Shown here in pieces: positions 30,220 to 43,886 of a stretch of DNA of 64,000 nt (positions are counted from its first letter, which is position 1; every line of letters begins with the position of its first letter). This DNA comes from Eledone cirrhosa (Eukaryota), in contig OZ024741.1 of assembly GCA_964016885.1 (NCBI GenBank), forward strand, positions 171,368,001-171,432,000, read 5' to 3'. The position numbers and the translations under genes are program-made. A model generated the notes under the pieces. That model was not told where the DNA came from, ran no database searches, and saw only the letters and a program-made list of their open reading frames with translations.

Positions 30220-30457
30220 TGAAAGGTATGTCGAATTTATTTATTTATAAGACTGTCTATATTGTATTTTGTCTGAAGAAGGCATAACATATTGTTAATA
30301 TGATATCCCTGAAATATATATAATGAAATAAATATGGTTTTATAAATATAATTTCCATTTATTTAATATCGTAAATATACTCCAAATACTTGTTGAGTGC
30401 TTTTATATCAGTTATAAATATTTACTCGTTGTAACCCAACAATTTAAATATAACTTT

Positions 30458-30460
<3 letters not shown>
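30220..30460 (+). mobile_element. Family B copy with tail
   Basis: TTGTCTGAAGAAGGCAT...GAAATATATATA and tail ending AACTTTCCA-(TA)n. Confidence 0.7.
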
Positions 30461-30491
<31 letters not shown>

Positions 30492-30530
30492 TATAATAAT
30501 AATTATCTTATGTTGTTTATTACATAACTA

Positions 30531-30583
<53 letters not shown>

Positions 30584-30589
30584 ACACAC

Positions 30590-30764
<175 letters not shown>

Positions 30765-30772
30765 TATTTAGT

Positions 30773-30803
<31 letters not shown>

Positions 30804-30804
30804 A

Positions 30805-30856
<52 letters not shown>

Positions 30857-30925
30857 GTTATATATATATATATATATTTAGTTATGTAATAAACAACATA
30901 AGATAATTATTATGGTGTCTTTTTT

Positions 30926-30985
30926 TTTCATTCTGATGAATGAAAGCAATTTTGGTTGATTTCAAGAAACCACTGGTAAATGAAA
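30926..30985 (+). ncRNA. Type I hammerhead motif in family F fold-back (30876-31084)
   Basis: TTTCATT-CTGATGA-TGAAA...TTTCA-GAAACC(act)GGTA-AATGAAA; 7-bp stem I. Confidence 0.75.
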
Positions 30986-31199
30986 TAATTATCTTATATT
31001 GTTTATTACATAACTAATAAGCTCTGTAACCTACATAGAGCACTCTCTTTTGCTGGACCTTTTCCGGCGGAATCACTTTATTTATATATATATATATATG
31101 AATGTATATATAGTGTATTTTGCAATACACTGTTTGCTTAATTAAAAGCATTTCGAAGGCCTTACGCTATTGTTATAGAGTAGTGACAGTCTCACTTAC

Positions 31200-31284
31200 T
31201 TTACATTTTCAGCAAACAGGGGAGATAAAGCTGACAGAGCTCTGTTTCGTACTTTTTGGTACTTATCAAAGCTAAGTACTCCAC
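31200..31284 (-). other. Candidate host exon (85 nt)
   Basis: caaacag|GTGGAG...GTAAA|gtaagt in non-repetitive sequence; product unrecognised. Confidence 0.35.
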
Positions 31285-31757
31285 CTGTTTGCATACAGTG
31301 TGTTTCATAAGTGAAGACTAAACGTTTGGCCCACAGTGAACCGAGATCCGATCGATTAAGTCTGTTATAGCTAAGTTCCATTTTAGCATGAGAATTGATT
31401 TCAATCTTATATTTCACTCCAACTGCAAACTTATAAAGTAAAAGGTGAAAGGCTATATCCAAAGATTGCTGTTGTGTACACACACACACACACACACACA
31501 CACTCATATATATATATGTTAAGTATTTCCATGGAAAAGTTTAAGGAAAGTAGAGTGTTCTATGTATAGTACAGAGCTATCTAATTATCTATTAAACAAC
31601 ACAATATAATTATTCCATTTGGATATCCAAATAAAGATTTCTATCTGTTGAACGGATGCAGACACTTCTGTTAGAATCATCTAACTCCGCGAAACATTGG
31701 GTAATGAAATAATTATATTGTCTTGTTTATTACATAATTATATATATATATATATAA

Positions 31758-31976
31758 AGGAACGGTCGACTTTCGTCAAATCGGACCGAGGGAACAATGT
31801 TTCCGTTGGTCTTTCCAATTGCTAATACTATATATCGGTCGCAACTCCAGGTAGAAGGAGCAACGTGAAATAAAGTGTCTTGCTCAAGGACATAACGCAT
31901 CGCCTGGTCCAGGAATCGAACTCACAACCTTACGATTGCGAATCCAATTCTCTAACCACTCCGTCACACGCCTTCA
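31758..31976 (-). mobile_element. SINE family 1
   Basis: Matches 23983-24232. Confidence 0.85.
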
Positions 31977-32005
31977 CAATATATATATATATATATATGT
32001 ATGTG

Positions 32006-32078
<73 letters not shown>

Positions 32079-32214
32079 TATTTATATATGTATGTATGTA
32101 TATATTTGTGACTGAATAATAATAATATAATAATTTAATATTATGATATTATTATTATTCACTCCCAAATACATTTAAGTATCCACCATGTTAAGAGCGA
32201 AAACAAATTTTGTT

Positions 32215-32246
<32 letters not shown>

Positions 32247-32453
32247 CATATATATATATATACGTATATATTAATATTATTATTATTATTACTATTATTA
32301 GAAGAATATAATTGGTAATTAGATTTCCATAATTATAAAAACGATATAATTTGTATTAAACGTACACATATTAAAATATACCGCCCGGTGTTGCTTTGGT
32401 GGCATTCTTTTCTAAATGAGAAGTATCCATTTTTTCAACTAATCAAACAACAT

Positions 32454-32641
32454 AATTGTTTCTACTTTAGGCACAAGGCCAGCAATTACCCAGTGCATTA
32501 CTGGTACTTTATTTTATCGACTCCGTAAGGATGAAAGGCAAAGTCAACCTCGGCGGGATTTGAACTCAGATCGTAAAGGGACGTAACTATGCCAGAAAGC
32601 ATGGCGTCCGACCCTCTACCGATACTGCCAATCCACCGCCT
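32454..32641 (-). mobile_element. SINE family 2, full length
   Basis: A and B boxes, Deu-like body, imperfect CAACA(A)CATAAT flanking duplication. Confidence 0.9.
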
Positions 32642-32719
32642 TCAACAACAAAATAATGCTGTGCTGACTCGAACAAAATTCCAATCCAATATCCTAAAGT
32701 TAAAACGTGGTACGTGGGT

Positions 32720-32955
32720 TACTGACGTTCATGAAATTGTTTAATGGACAAATTAGTGACAACCGACAAGAGACCCACATGTAGACCCCAAGCAAGTTGG
32801 TTGGATAACATCCATGAGCTCGGTTGGTCACGCTTGCTGATCCAGCCGGATCAGTTGGAGATGGTTGCTTCTGACAGGACCCGCTGGAAGGAGTGTTCGA
32901 GGACTCTGCCACCACGATCCTCTCAGGAATAAGTGGGCGAAGAAGAAGAGAAGAT
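32720..32955 (+). mobile_element. 3' end of an RTE-type LINE
   Basis: RPTCRPQASWLDNI...ASDRTRWK followed by a (GAA)n tail. Confidence 0.7.
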
Positions 32956-32959
32956 ACAT

Positions 32960-33454
32960 TCCTGTGACGCTAAACTCTGCTAGCTGCAGACTGCGCATTG
33001 ACATGTGATATTTTTCTCCACAAAGTTCGATCACCAGCAGCAGGGTTCAAGGAGCAAAGATCAAGTCCAGTCCATAAGTTGACATTGTCAAGCCATCGTT
33101 TTTGGCTGCCGGCCTCTGCTTCTCTAACCAGCCAACCTTCCTTCTAGGCATAACCTAATCATATGATCGTATAGTTTGAGTACTCTTGACTTGACAATTG
33201 ATGTAATTGGTGTAAGTCTGGTAATGTTGAGCAGCTCAGTGATACAGATACGGTCGCTGAGCCGCTTGCCAGTCATAAGTCTCATGATGTGGCTCTGGAA
33301 TGTAGAGAGCATCTGAAGTGACCTTGTTGTCCAATTAACACAGTCAAGACCATATAACACAACTGGTAGGATGTAAGTATCAAAGATCTCAGCCTTCACG
33401 TGATAGGAAACTCGTTTTGATGTTAGTACTTCCTTGTTCTTGTTGAAGATGCTT
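32960..33454 (-). mobile_element. RTE-type LINE C-terminal fragment
   Basis: KAEIFDTYILPVVLYG...LEGRLAG*RSRGRQPKRWLDN. Confidence 0.8.
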
Positions 33455-33742
33455 ACCTAATTTTAAATGTTTTTGCATAGAGAAACAGAAGGGAGCCACA
33501 GAGAAATAATGTACTCAATGTAATAATAGTAAAGGTGCATATTTATTTCATATAGAAATAAGAAGTCATTTAAAATCATATTGCCAATATAAACACACAC
33601 ACTAATTGTGTTTCATTTTAGTTTTATTTTTTGCCGGGTAACTAATCTATTCCACGGTTAGTTAAGTAACTGGGTGTTTATTTAATTATTAAAGCTCTTT
33701 CATCACACATTCTGTGGCCTTTTCAAGGATTATTATTTCTTT

Positions 33743-33924
33743 GGATCGGCAGTATCGGTAGAGGGTCGGACGCCATGCTTTCCAGCATAGTTACGTCCCT
33801 TTACGATCTGAGTTCAAATCCCGCCGAGGTTGACTTTGCCTTTCATCCTTACGGGGTCGATAACATAAAGTACCAGTAATGCACTGTGTAATTGCTGGCC
33901 TTGTGCCTTAAGTAGAAACAATTA
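33743..33924 (+). mobile_element. SINE family 2
   Basis: Near-identical inverted counterpart of 32454-32641. Confidence 0.9.
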
Positions 33925-34135
33925 TTTCTTCTATCTATCTCCACTTCGTTTTGATTTTGTTTTATTTACTCCACCACAAATTATATCAAGATTAGTCATT
34001 GGGATCACAGGATGTGCGATGAAAAAGGTTTGATAATTATAATAACCATCCGGTTACTAAACTAACCGGAGGGATTAGTTACTTGACTAATAATTGTTTC
34101 ACTTTTGGTACAAGGTCAGCAATTATCCCTGTACA

Positions 34136-34668
34136 TTACATTACATTGTGTATATGTTTGTTAAGGTTCTCTATCCTACGGGGGCTATGGTTCCTAACAG
34201 TAAACAGGGCGTCGTCCCTATATACACCTCCTTGTAGGGCCGGTATTTCTTCCCTAAGCTTATGTAGGAGGTATATCCCAACCAGGTCAGTTGCTTGCGC
34301 TGAGTCGCTGGACCCCATCGTGACATCGAAGTTATCAGGACGGTTAGTTCTGGTCCAGTGGGAGCCTTCGAACTGGATAATGGTTCTACGTGCCGCTAGA
34401 ATTATGTTTATTTCTTTTTTGGTGAGGCTAGTGTTAGATCTAGCTAAGATAAGTGCCTTATTTAAGAGTATGGGGGAGATAGAGGCGTAGTAGCTATCTA
34501 TATCAAGCTGGATGGATTTCAGGGTGGCTTTATCCGGCAACTCGGTGAACCAATTTATGACCTGGTCGGTGTTGCCCCAGAGGCAGACCTTAGCCTTTCT
34601 ATTAGGCTCGAGTAGTACTCTGTCGAGGATCACTTTACTAATCTTACCTATATCCGATGTAGAGGGGC
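34136..34668 (-). pseudogene. Penelope-like RT fragment (Nematis-like)
   Basis: SDIGKISKVILD, LWGNTDQVINWF, LDIDSYYASI, FDVTMGS, GVYRDD. Confidence 0.85.
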
Positions 34669-34671
34669 ATA

Positions 34672-34729
<58 letters not shown>

Positions 34730-34740
34730 TATATTGTAAA

Positions 34741-34929
34741 GGGTGGCGGATTGGCAGTATCGGTAGAGGGTAGGGCGCCATGCTTTGTAGCACAGTTACG
34801 TCCCTTTACGAACTAAGTTCAAATCCCGCCGAGGTTAACTTTGCCTTTCATCCTTACGGGGTCGATAATATAAAGTACCAGTAATACACTGGGATAATTG
34901 CTGGCCTTGTGCCAAAAGTAGAAACAATT
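34741..34929 (+). mobile_element. SINE family 2
   Basis: Full head and body. Confidence 0.9.
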
Positions 34930-35446
34930 GTATTTTTTGATGCTCATGCACAGAAAAAAAGCATTAACTTCATCTCCCAGATTGTGCATGATAGTGCTGA
35001 ATGGATGGAGGAGCGATGAAATTAGTGACCTAGTCATCAGGCGATTGTATGTGTTTGAAGATACCGTCAAAAGTGTGTGTGTGTGTGTGACGGGGATCTC
35101 TTATGAAAACGTTAACATTCACTAATTTTCAGGGTACAAAAGCTTACATTGTATTAACTGATTCGTTTTGTTTTTTTGCTGACGTAGCCCACAACTATTT
35201 TCTTTGGACTCACTTTGAACTCAAAATTTCGTTTTCTTCCTTTAATAACAGTATGTTCCAGGCGTGTAATGGAGGCTTAATACGGTCGGCTATACACCCA
35301 TTCCTTCCGTTTTAGACGCATGGCCTTATGCCAATGTAAGAAATCATTATTCTTTTAATTAGGCGAAATGCCAGACTTTGCCAAGCATGATGTACAGTTG
35401 ATTGAATCGACTTTTGTATATTATTAATAGCTATTGCATGCTGGAG

Positions 35447-36020
35447 ATGGAGGCAGTGGGTTGACAGTAGCGAACAATGCATCGGAGAAAATTTTTTACG
35501 GTATTTAGTTATGAATCTTTACGTTCTGTGTTCAAATACCTCCGAAGTTAACTTTGCTTTTCATCCTTCTAGAGTCGATAAAATAAAGTACCAGTAAATT
35601 ACTTGGTTTGATTTCATCAAATTTGCCCTTACCCAATTATTCTGGTCTTGCGTCTAAATTAGAAAACGATATTCAGATATTCGAATTTCAAATGGTGACA
35701 GGACACGGTACTGTACCTTTCATCTTACTGGAATCAGTAAGATCAATCAGTCAGATCGATCAGTCAGATCGATCGGCAAGATACCAGACCCTATTTCCTT
35801 GGCGAGTGGTGTGGACCTCGTCAAATCGGACCAAGGAAACAATGTTCCCATTGGTCTTTCCATTGCTGATACTATCTACCGTTCGCATCTTCTTTGCAGA
35901 AGGTGCAACGTGAAAAATAAAGTGTCTTGCTCAAGGACACAACACGTCACTCGATCAGAGAATTGAACTCGCAACCTCACGATTGCGAATCCAACTCTCT
36001 AACCACTAAGCCACCTGCCT
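35447..36020. mobile_element. Older SINE family 2 (35447-35670, plus) and SINE family 1 (35775-36020, minus)
   Basis: Diagnostic blocks of each family. Confidence 0.75.
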
Positions 36021-37519
36021 AGTGTAGTAAGTATAACATCAGTTGTTACAGGATTTTAGGCCCATGTTCCAGTTTGAGAGTATTTTTACCTTCTCTGTCA
36101 CCAGTCCTGGAGGCCCTGAAAAGGATTATGGACATTGCCTGAACTGGAGATCTAATATGACACTCAGCAAATAAGGGTACAGTTCTGTGTTACCCAGGCA
36201 CAGTGCCACAAGATATTGAACATCGTTTAGATCTCCTTTTATACAAGAACCAAACATTTCTGTTGACCCTTCAAAGTATAATTTTATCTGTTTCAACAGC
36301 GGACATATGAGTAAATGGCATTCTACTTCCAGACATGACATTCCTCTCTTTTTTAAGTGTACCAAGGACTACATTTTCCAATGTGGCCATTCCTATTTTT
36401 TATGATAGTAGGATGTAATTTGCTATTTCTAGCAACTATGTGAAACTTTCCCTTTGGCGAGATGTGTGTTCAGCTTTGGCAGAACAAAATTTATCAGAAT
36501 ATGAAAATGACTCGGCGAATTGGCTTAACCATTAAAGTATAGGCCATATTGTAGTATTTGATATGATTCTCTGTACTCCGAGTTTAAGTTTCACAGAGAT
36601 CAATTTTGCCTTTCATCTTTTCAAGGCATTTGATTGGTTAAATTGTTTAAACATCAGAACGGCCTTGTGTCTTTTCTTCAAGTTCTTTATGTTCTGAGTT
36701 CAAATCCCTCCAAGGCCTACTTTGACAGTATACTTAATCTGTGGCCTAGTTTAACACTACCACCTAACTCTAGGGCGTTGATATAATAATTGTCCACACC
36801 GACATTTAGGCTGTTATGTCGTCAATTTTTATTCTTGCTGTTGTTATTAGTATTATTGCGTGACTTCATATCAGACCTGATCTTGCAGGCCTGTGGTCAA
36901 AGGCATTTACGCCATGACCATCCCAACTTATTTTCAAAAATAGTATATGAAGGACCACATTATCTAAGGTGTTCTGTCTTTTTTTAAGACAGTATACTCT
37001 CAAATCTGGATGTTCAACTGAATATTGTTCATAATGAGATGATGATGATAGTGGTTAATGTTTTATTACTGCATGTGCTGAAGTTATTGCTATTCTTGTT
37101 ACTGTTTTTATTTTATTGCTTTTTTTAGAAGCAAGCGAGAAGAAATGTCTATGGTTGATCTGACAGAAAGTAGAAGTGAGAGAAAGAAAGAAAGAAATAT
37201 TGTTGATTGTGCAAGTTTAGTAAATATGCCAGTACTACAAGTGCTGGGTAGCTGATAGGGAGATATGCCTATTTCTGGGTCTTTCTATATACACCTGTCT
37301 CTTTTTATAGGCCATTCACACCTGTCTTCACCCTCTGTTCGTTTATTTCTCTCTTTACTCACCTACTCCCTAGCTTTGCTTTTTTTCTGTATTTATCTAT
37401 TTCTGAACCCTCTGATTTTGCTCTTGTGTATGCATACATACATACACACATACATACATACATACATACATACATACATACATACATACATACATACATA
37501 CATACATACACAAAAAAAA

Positions 37520-38510
37520 AAGAAAAAAAAAATATCATTAGGATAGCCACTGATCTGGAGGAGAGATATGGAATAAAGCCTGATATAAATCTCTCACCCA
37601 GAGAAATCGGAAGATCCTATTCAATGTTCAAACAAGATAAAAAAAATTGACCAATTTACAGAAAAAGTTGTGCATGGATACTTGAGGCGTAAAACACAGA
37701 CCATAGAGGGGATAAACCACTCAAAAAGCCTGGCATGGAGTTCCGACAAGTTTATGACATCACGCATTGAGGGATATCTCTATGCAATACAGGAACAAGA
37801 ACTCCCTACCAAATATCTGCTGCACAAAAGAGGAGGGCCAGCAGCTGACAATAAATGTAGGCTATGTAAAACAAAGATCTAGGATGTAAGCCACATTGTT
37901 GCCAACTGCGAAAGAATGTCATCTCGCTACTACCTCCCCATGAGACACGATGGGATAGCTAGAACCATCTGGAACGCACTTCGGAAAACAAAATTAACAA
38001 CAAACGAGGAAGAATATATTGAGACAGATGGCACTAAGGAATACTGGTGGAACCTGAAAATAAAAACTGCCACCAAATTAAAGCACAACCGGCCTGATAT
38101 TGTTGTTTGGGACCACACATTGAAAACGTGTTCTGTTGTGGAGATCAGCTGCCCACTTGATGTAAACGTTGTCAGAAAAATACAGGAGAAGGTGGACATC
38201 TACGGACCATTGATGAGGAGTTTACAAATCCAGTATCCAAGATACACCTTTAGCTTCATACCCATCATTATTGGAGCTACGGGTTATATACCAACCCGCT
38301 TGGACCAAAGTATGACTGAACTTGGATTTGCGGACAAAAAGCGCAGCTCCTTAATTCATAGTCTACAAATGGCTGCGATAGCTGGCACCTTCAAAATTCG
38401 AAAAACATTCTTGCGATTCAAGGGATGACAATTTCTTTTCTTTTACAACCTTGCCACCAGGAAGGTGGCCGGTCAAAAAAATGCACTCGAAATTAAGAGA
38501 AAGAGATAAA
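37520..38510 (+). mobile_element. 5'-truncated R4/Dong-type LINE with restriction-like endonuclease
   Basis: AIQEQELPT, CRLC..HIVANC knuckle, RHD, HNRPDIVV..VEISCP..EKVDIY, PIIIGATG; one frameshift and a stop at 37880. Confidence 0.9.
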
Positions 38511-39242
38511 CACATGCATATATACACACAATAGAGTTGTATTATTTGAATACCGCAAGTGTGGAAAAATCTTCACCACCCCATCCTTTATACCTAAGAT
38601 AAATAGATATAAAAGACAGATGAAACTCCATCTGTTTCAACAATAAGTGTTCCAGTTATTCAGTCAACAGAATGGAAATAAATGTTAAATTAATGTGTAA
38701 GAGGCTAAATAGTACACTGTCACCTGCACCCATAACATAATACTCAGCAAGCTCTAGCATGTGACTGTGTGGCAAGGGTGTCCCTATAAAATGCAGGTAC
38801 AAACCATCCAACAGGCTTAACTCGAGGCTATGGTAAAATATACTTACCCAAGATGCCCTGCACTGAGACTAAACCAGGAACCTTATAGTTATAAAACAAA
38901 CTTCCTAGCCATTGAAACTTGTTGTGTCTTTAAATAAATACAATCACATGAACATGCTAGACGTTGGAGTTATTGCTTTCCAAAGACATGGTTGTGTAAT
39001 GCATATGTATGATAATTGTTGTCTGAAGAAATGCCAAGAAATTCCAGTGAAAGGGAGCTACAATGGGAAGGGGGCCTAGGTCATGGAAGCGGAAGGCTGC
39101 GTTGATGAAGGAACGCGATGAGTAAAGGGATGGTGTGCTGTAAAAGACTCATTCAAACCATGCAAGCATGTAAATGGACGTAAAACAATAATGAAAAGAT
39201 ACTGATAATCTTCAGTCAATCTTGGAATGTTGGTTTACTCAC

Positions 39243-39468
39243 GATTGTTAGACCTGGAAGTTGAATTTCATAAGGCATATGCATACGCACGCACACACAC
39301 ACACATACACACATACACACATATATACATAATATGTTATCTTTTTTTGTGTCTATACGTTTTAGTAAGCAGCCAAAATTATGCTTGCTTTAACCGACGC
39401 AATTGATCAACTCAAGATTCTATAACGTATGCACTGCGTGCGTTGCATGCACGGACCCTTCGCCCCTG

Positions 39469-39531
<63 letters not shown>

Positions 39532-39732
39532 GAGAGATAGAGAGAGAGAGAGTGCCTAAAATAACATTTTAATTAAACATGCTTCTTTTACCCCCAAATG
39601 CCAACTAGTTTACATGATTGCACTAAATGAATTAATTTTCTACGCAGTAAATGTTTTTGCCATATGCTAAAAAGAACAAATTTCAAAAGAGATTCACTCA
39701 CCATATGTACTTCTCCTTGAAATGATTTGCAC
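39243..39732 (-). other. Two candidate micro-exons (39702-39732, 31 nt; 39243-39253, 11 nt)
   Basis: catag|GTGC...TATG|gtgagt and cttccag|GTCTAACAATC|gtgagt. Confidence 0.35.
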
Positions 39733-40320
39733 CTATGCTAAGATTATAATAACATGTGACATTAGAAGGGCATCCAGCCATAGAAACCAAACCAGGAAAG
39801 TTACGTATGAGCAACACATAGTCAGCCGACCTGATTTGTCTCATAACATGACAACTATCTAATTCATGCAGGCATAGAAAATAGATGTTAAACGGTAGTG
39901 ATGATGATATTTCTCCTTCTTAGCTAGTTCATGTGTTCTCAATTGAACCTTTAAAATAATCAATGAGAATGGTTAACATTTGTTTTATTAATCGATTTGT
40001 TTTTCATATTTCAATGTGCCTTCAATAAGCCCTAAATTCCAAAGAGGAAAAAATGAGTGTAACATTTTTAACACACAATGTTGCTGTCACAGATATGAAT
40101 GACATTTTGATAGAAAGTTTTAATATAAGCAGAAGGTTTTGATATATAAACAGTAGTGGTCAGATAATGGTTAAATGAATTAAATGGCCCTTAGTGAAAG
40201 AATTGCGACACCTGCCAATACAATGGTAAAAAAGATCAAATGAAAAGCAAAAACAATAGAATTATAAGTGGATGGACTGGAGAGAGAGAAAACGTAGGTG
40301 TCACACATGCACTTAAACGA

Positions 40321-40388
<68 letters not shown>

Positions 40389-41291
40389 TACATTTAGTCC
40401 TTCATCAGTGATCTTCCAGCCTTCATTGGTATTTCATCGCTTTAAAGACCATATACTTCTGGTTAGTGCGAGCAACGGCTAAAGAAAGTCGTAGGGACAC
40501 GTAAATAATGGAAACGAGCGAGACAGTAAACAAACAAAGATGGTAATGCAACGAAAAGTGAGGAAGAAGAAGTCAAGGCCCTGAAATCGATGAACATAAG
40601 TTCTGTGAAATCCTAGACGAGAGAGATTAAAGAACATCCAAACTGGTCGAAATGTGAGTGAGAAAAGAATTTCGCACAGGTCAAACGCATATGCGTGGTT
40701 TTGTATACCTATGGCGAGTGTTTTCGCGTATGCTTATGTATGTACGTATTTGGACGCGTGTATGTATTTATTTCATTTCAATTACCTCTGTATTGTATTA
40801 TATTTACTTTATTCTTAACTCTGAAGCGGAGAATCATTCGGTTTCCCTGTTAGAATTTTAGTCTACGACTTCAGCTATACCATTTACGTGGTTTTGTCTT
40901 TGCGTGCAATTGTTCTCCACGCTCCACATATGACGTATTATCTTTGTTTTTTCCGTTCATTGCCAGAGAACGTCTCTATGAACCACCTAAGTGAACATTA
41001 GTATACGACATTTTTATACCATAAACATGGTTCTGTCTTTGCGTGTAATTGTTTTTCACCGCTCCTATTAATGACGTATTATATTCGTTTTTTCCCGTTC
41101 TTTGCCAGGGAACGTTTCCACGAACCAAAGTATCGTCTTATGTCTTCCTCCGGTTGCAACGTTTTTTGAAATATCCACTTCTGCGTTTACAGATTGACTT
41201 TGTTAGTTTCAGAAGATCCCGTTAAGGGTGAAAGCAGCGATTCTTTGCTTAAACTTTAATCTGTCATTTTTATAAATATATATATATATAT

Positions 41292-42745
41292 AAGTTTAGC
41301 GAGGTTTTTTATATGAAATCGTGTGTCGATACTCAAAAACTCAGCAATGTCCAGTAGTGCTAAGTTTAATATTCTGATCGCAGATTTGGTACGAGTGATG
41401 AAGAATGTGTCCAGCATGTGCGACCCAACAGAAATGGAAAGACACATCCAACACTTCATCAACCGCATGCACTTCTCTGGCTACAACCAAAGAGACAGAG
41501 TCAGAGTATACGAAGGAGCCATGGAAAAGTATAAGACCCTCATAGAACTGGACATGAAAGGAATTTGCCCACTATACAGGAGCAAATCATGGAATAGCTT
41601 AGATAGGGCTAGACATAAGATAGGGAAGGCCACATCATGGTACGACAACCAGAGATATCAGAGTGTCATGTTTGTGGACGCCACCCCTGGAGGGAAATTA
41701 GCTAACCAGTGTAGAAAGGCCCTGAGAAAGACCCACTTAAAAATAAAGGTGGTAGAAAAGCCAGGAACCACCATAAAATCCCAGATCAGCAAAATCTACC
41801 CTTTTAAGAAAACCCACTGTACCAATAGGAAATGTATCATATATAAGGTGAACCCCCGGATAAACTGTAAAACTAGAAACGTAGTCTATAGCATAAGATG
41901 TACAGAGGGTACTTGCAGGAACATAACAACAAAATACATAGGTGAGACAGCTCGTAGCATAGGTGAAAGGATAGACCAACACTGGGGGGAACTAAAAGGA
42001 CGAAAAAACGGGTCAGTACTATACGAACATGCTAGACAACAACATGACGGTAACATAGACAACATAGAAATTAGAATAATATCTAAACATAGGAATGACC
42101 CAGCAGATAGGCAAATCAGAGAGGCCAGTGAAATAGAAATTAGAAGACCAAAGCTAAAGAGAAAGAATGAGTGGAACAACAACAACACCCAAACAAACAA
42201 CACTGACCTAAGAGAAGTATAAATAAGTAAATAAAATAAAATAAAACAAGATAAATAAATACCTACACAAGCACAATAACAACAAGCACATAAACACACA
42301 CTAGTCACCCAGCAGACACAACACTATACACACTAGTCACACAGCACACATAACACTATACACACACGCAAACGCATGCGCAAAGAAGACAAGATAAAAT
42401 AAAATAAACAAACAAGCAAATAAATAAATAAATATATAGACAGACTGAATAAAAAATGGCGTAGACATACAACACAACAGGAGGAACAAAGAATATAACA
42501 CCACTGACGATGTTGCAGATGTGCAACGAAAGATTTATGTAGATTATGTAAACTATATATATGTGTTTGTGTCTATATTGTATCTGTATTATTTCTGACC
42601 GTCGGTCAGTCAATGGCAACATTGAGGACCGAGTAAGTTAGATCGCAGATATAAAAGACAGCGAGAAGCGAAAACCAACCAAACAGTGTGTGTGTTCTGT
42701 TATTAATTCTGGCAATATTACGCAAATATGACCCTCCCCAAGTAT

Positions 42746-42750
<5 letters not shown>
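41292..42750 (+). mobile_element. 5'-truncated PLE with family Y pLTR and inverted tail, inserted in (TA)n
   Basis: Inverted tail 41292-41331, ORF, 3' region with CTGACGA-GTTGC/GCAAC-GAAA (42504-42531), ending AAGTATAACAA|TATA. Confidence 0.88.
41323..42222 (+). CDS. PLE RT thumb plus C-terminal GIY-YIG endonuclease (partial, no true start)
   Basis: MHFSGY, MFVDATPGG, Cys-rich linker, NVVYSIRC..YIGET..R..H..H..H, RQIREA, KNEW. Confidence 0.88.
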   Translation: MSILKNSAMSSSAKFNILIADLVRVMKNVSSMCDPTEMERHIQHFINRMHFSGYNQRDRVRVYEGAMEKYKTLIELDMKGICPLYRSKSWNSLDRARHKIGKATSWYDNQRYQSVMFVDATPGGKLANQCRKALRKTHLKIKVVEKPGTTIKSQISKIYPFKKTHCTNRKCIIYKVNPRINCKTRNVVYSIRCTEGTCRNITTKYIGETARSIGERIDQHWGELKGRKNGSVLYEHARQQHDGNIDNIEIRIISKHRNDPADRQIREASEIEIRRPKLKRKNEWNNNNTQTNNTDLREV

Positions 42751-42821
<71 letters not shown>

Positions 42822-43094
42822 TATAATATATATATATAATACATATATATATATATATATAAATATATATATAATATATATATATATATAACAAAGACGG
42901 TGTGGTAAGATACCAGAGTACTCAATACTTAGAGTAGTAGAGTGGGTAACAGGAAAAAATTCAGGAGCCCGACGAATGATATCCGGCCGTTTCGACGGCT
43001 AGATCCGAACTCATCTAACTGGGATCTAGCAGTCGAGACGGCCGTCGGGAGCGAAACCCCCCCCCCCCCCACACACATACACTCTCACACACAT

Positions 43095-43152
<58 letters not shown>

Positions 43153-43232
43153 ATATATCTATATATATGTATGCATATGTGTATGTGTATATATATGTAT
43201 ATATATATATATGTGTATATATATATATATAT

Positions 43233-43318
<86 letters not shown>

Positions 43319-43339
43319 ACGTATGTGTGTATATATATG

Positions 43340-43817
43340 CAGGACTAAAAACAGAACCTGTCAAAGGGCAAAGGAGCTCTCAAGAGTCAATCGCCATCCA
43401 AAATCACCGGGAGAGTGACCCCTTAGCCTTTGTCAAGGCAGAATTCTAGGAGAAGGAAAACTCTGATATAGCACCTGCAACCCTGATGGTATCCAATGAT
43501 GTTGACTTGTTCTTCTTTTTGGTAAATATCATCTTGGTTAAGAGAGTGGGACTGGCTTTGTGCCATGCCTTTGCTCACTATAAAAGCTTCACGGCACAGG
43601 CATTGCTTTATATCTGGACATCTCTCTGCACTTGTCGTCACATGGTATCATGGGCCCAGCACTATGTGTCAATAATTGTCACAAGTGTAGTGTTTGTACC
43701 AGAGTTTTCAAGTCGCTGACTGGACTAAAATGTCACACTCGTTCAGCGCATCGGTAGGCGTGATCCTACATGGATATAAAGTAGTGGCCGTACTCGAAAA
43801 CGAGTTGGCAGCCACCA
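43340..43817 (+). mobile_element. Family E RTE-derived element
   Basis: [25 protein letters not shown]; 3' hairpin ACTCGAAAACGAGT then (TA)n. Confidence 0.75.
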
Positions 43818-43828
43818 TATATAGACAC

Positions 43829-43886
<58 letters not shown>

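Noticed and set aside
36061-36400. 79-aa minus-strand ORF as a host exon
   Set aside because: No recognisable motif or convincing splice sites; possibly a decayed TE.
37880-37882. Recoded stop (selenocysteine) in a retroelement ORF
   Set aside because: The stop is TAG, not TGA, and the copy is also frameshifted.
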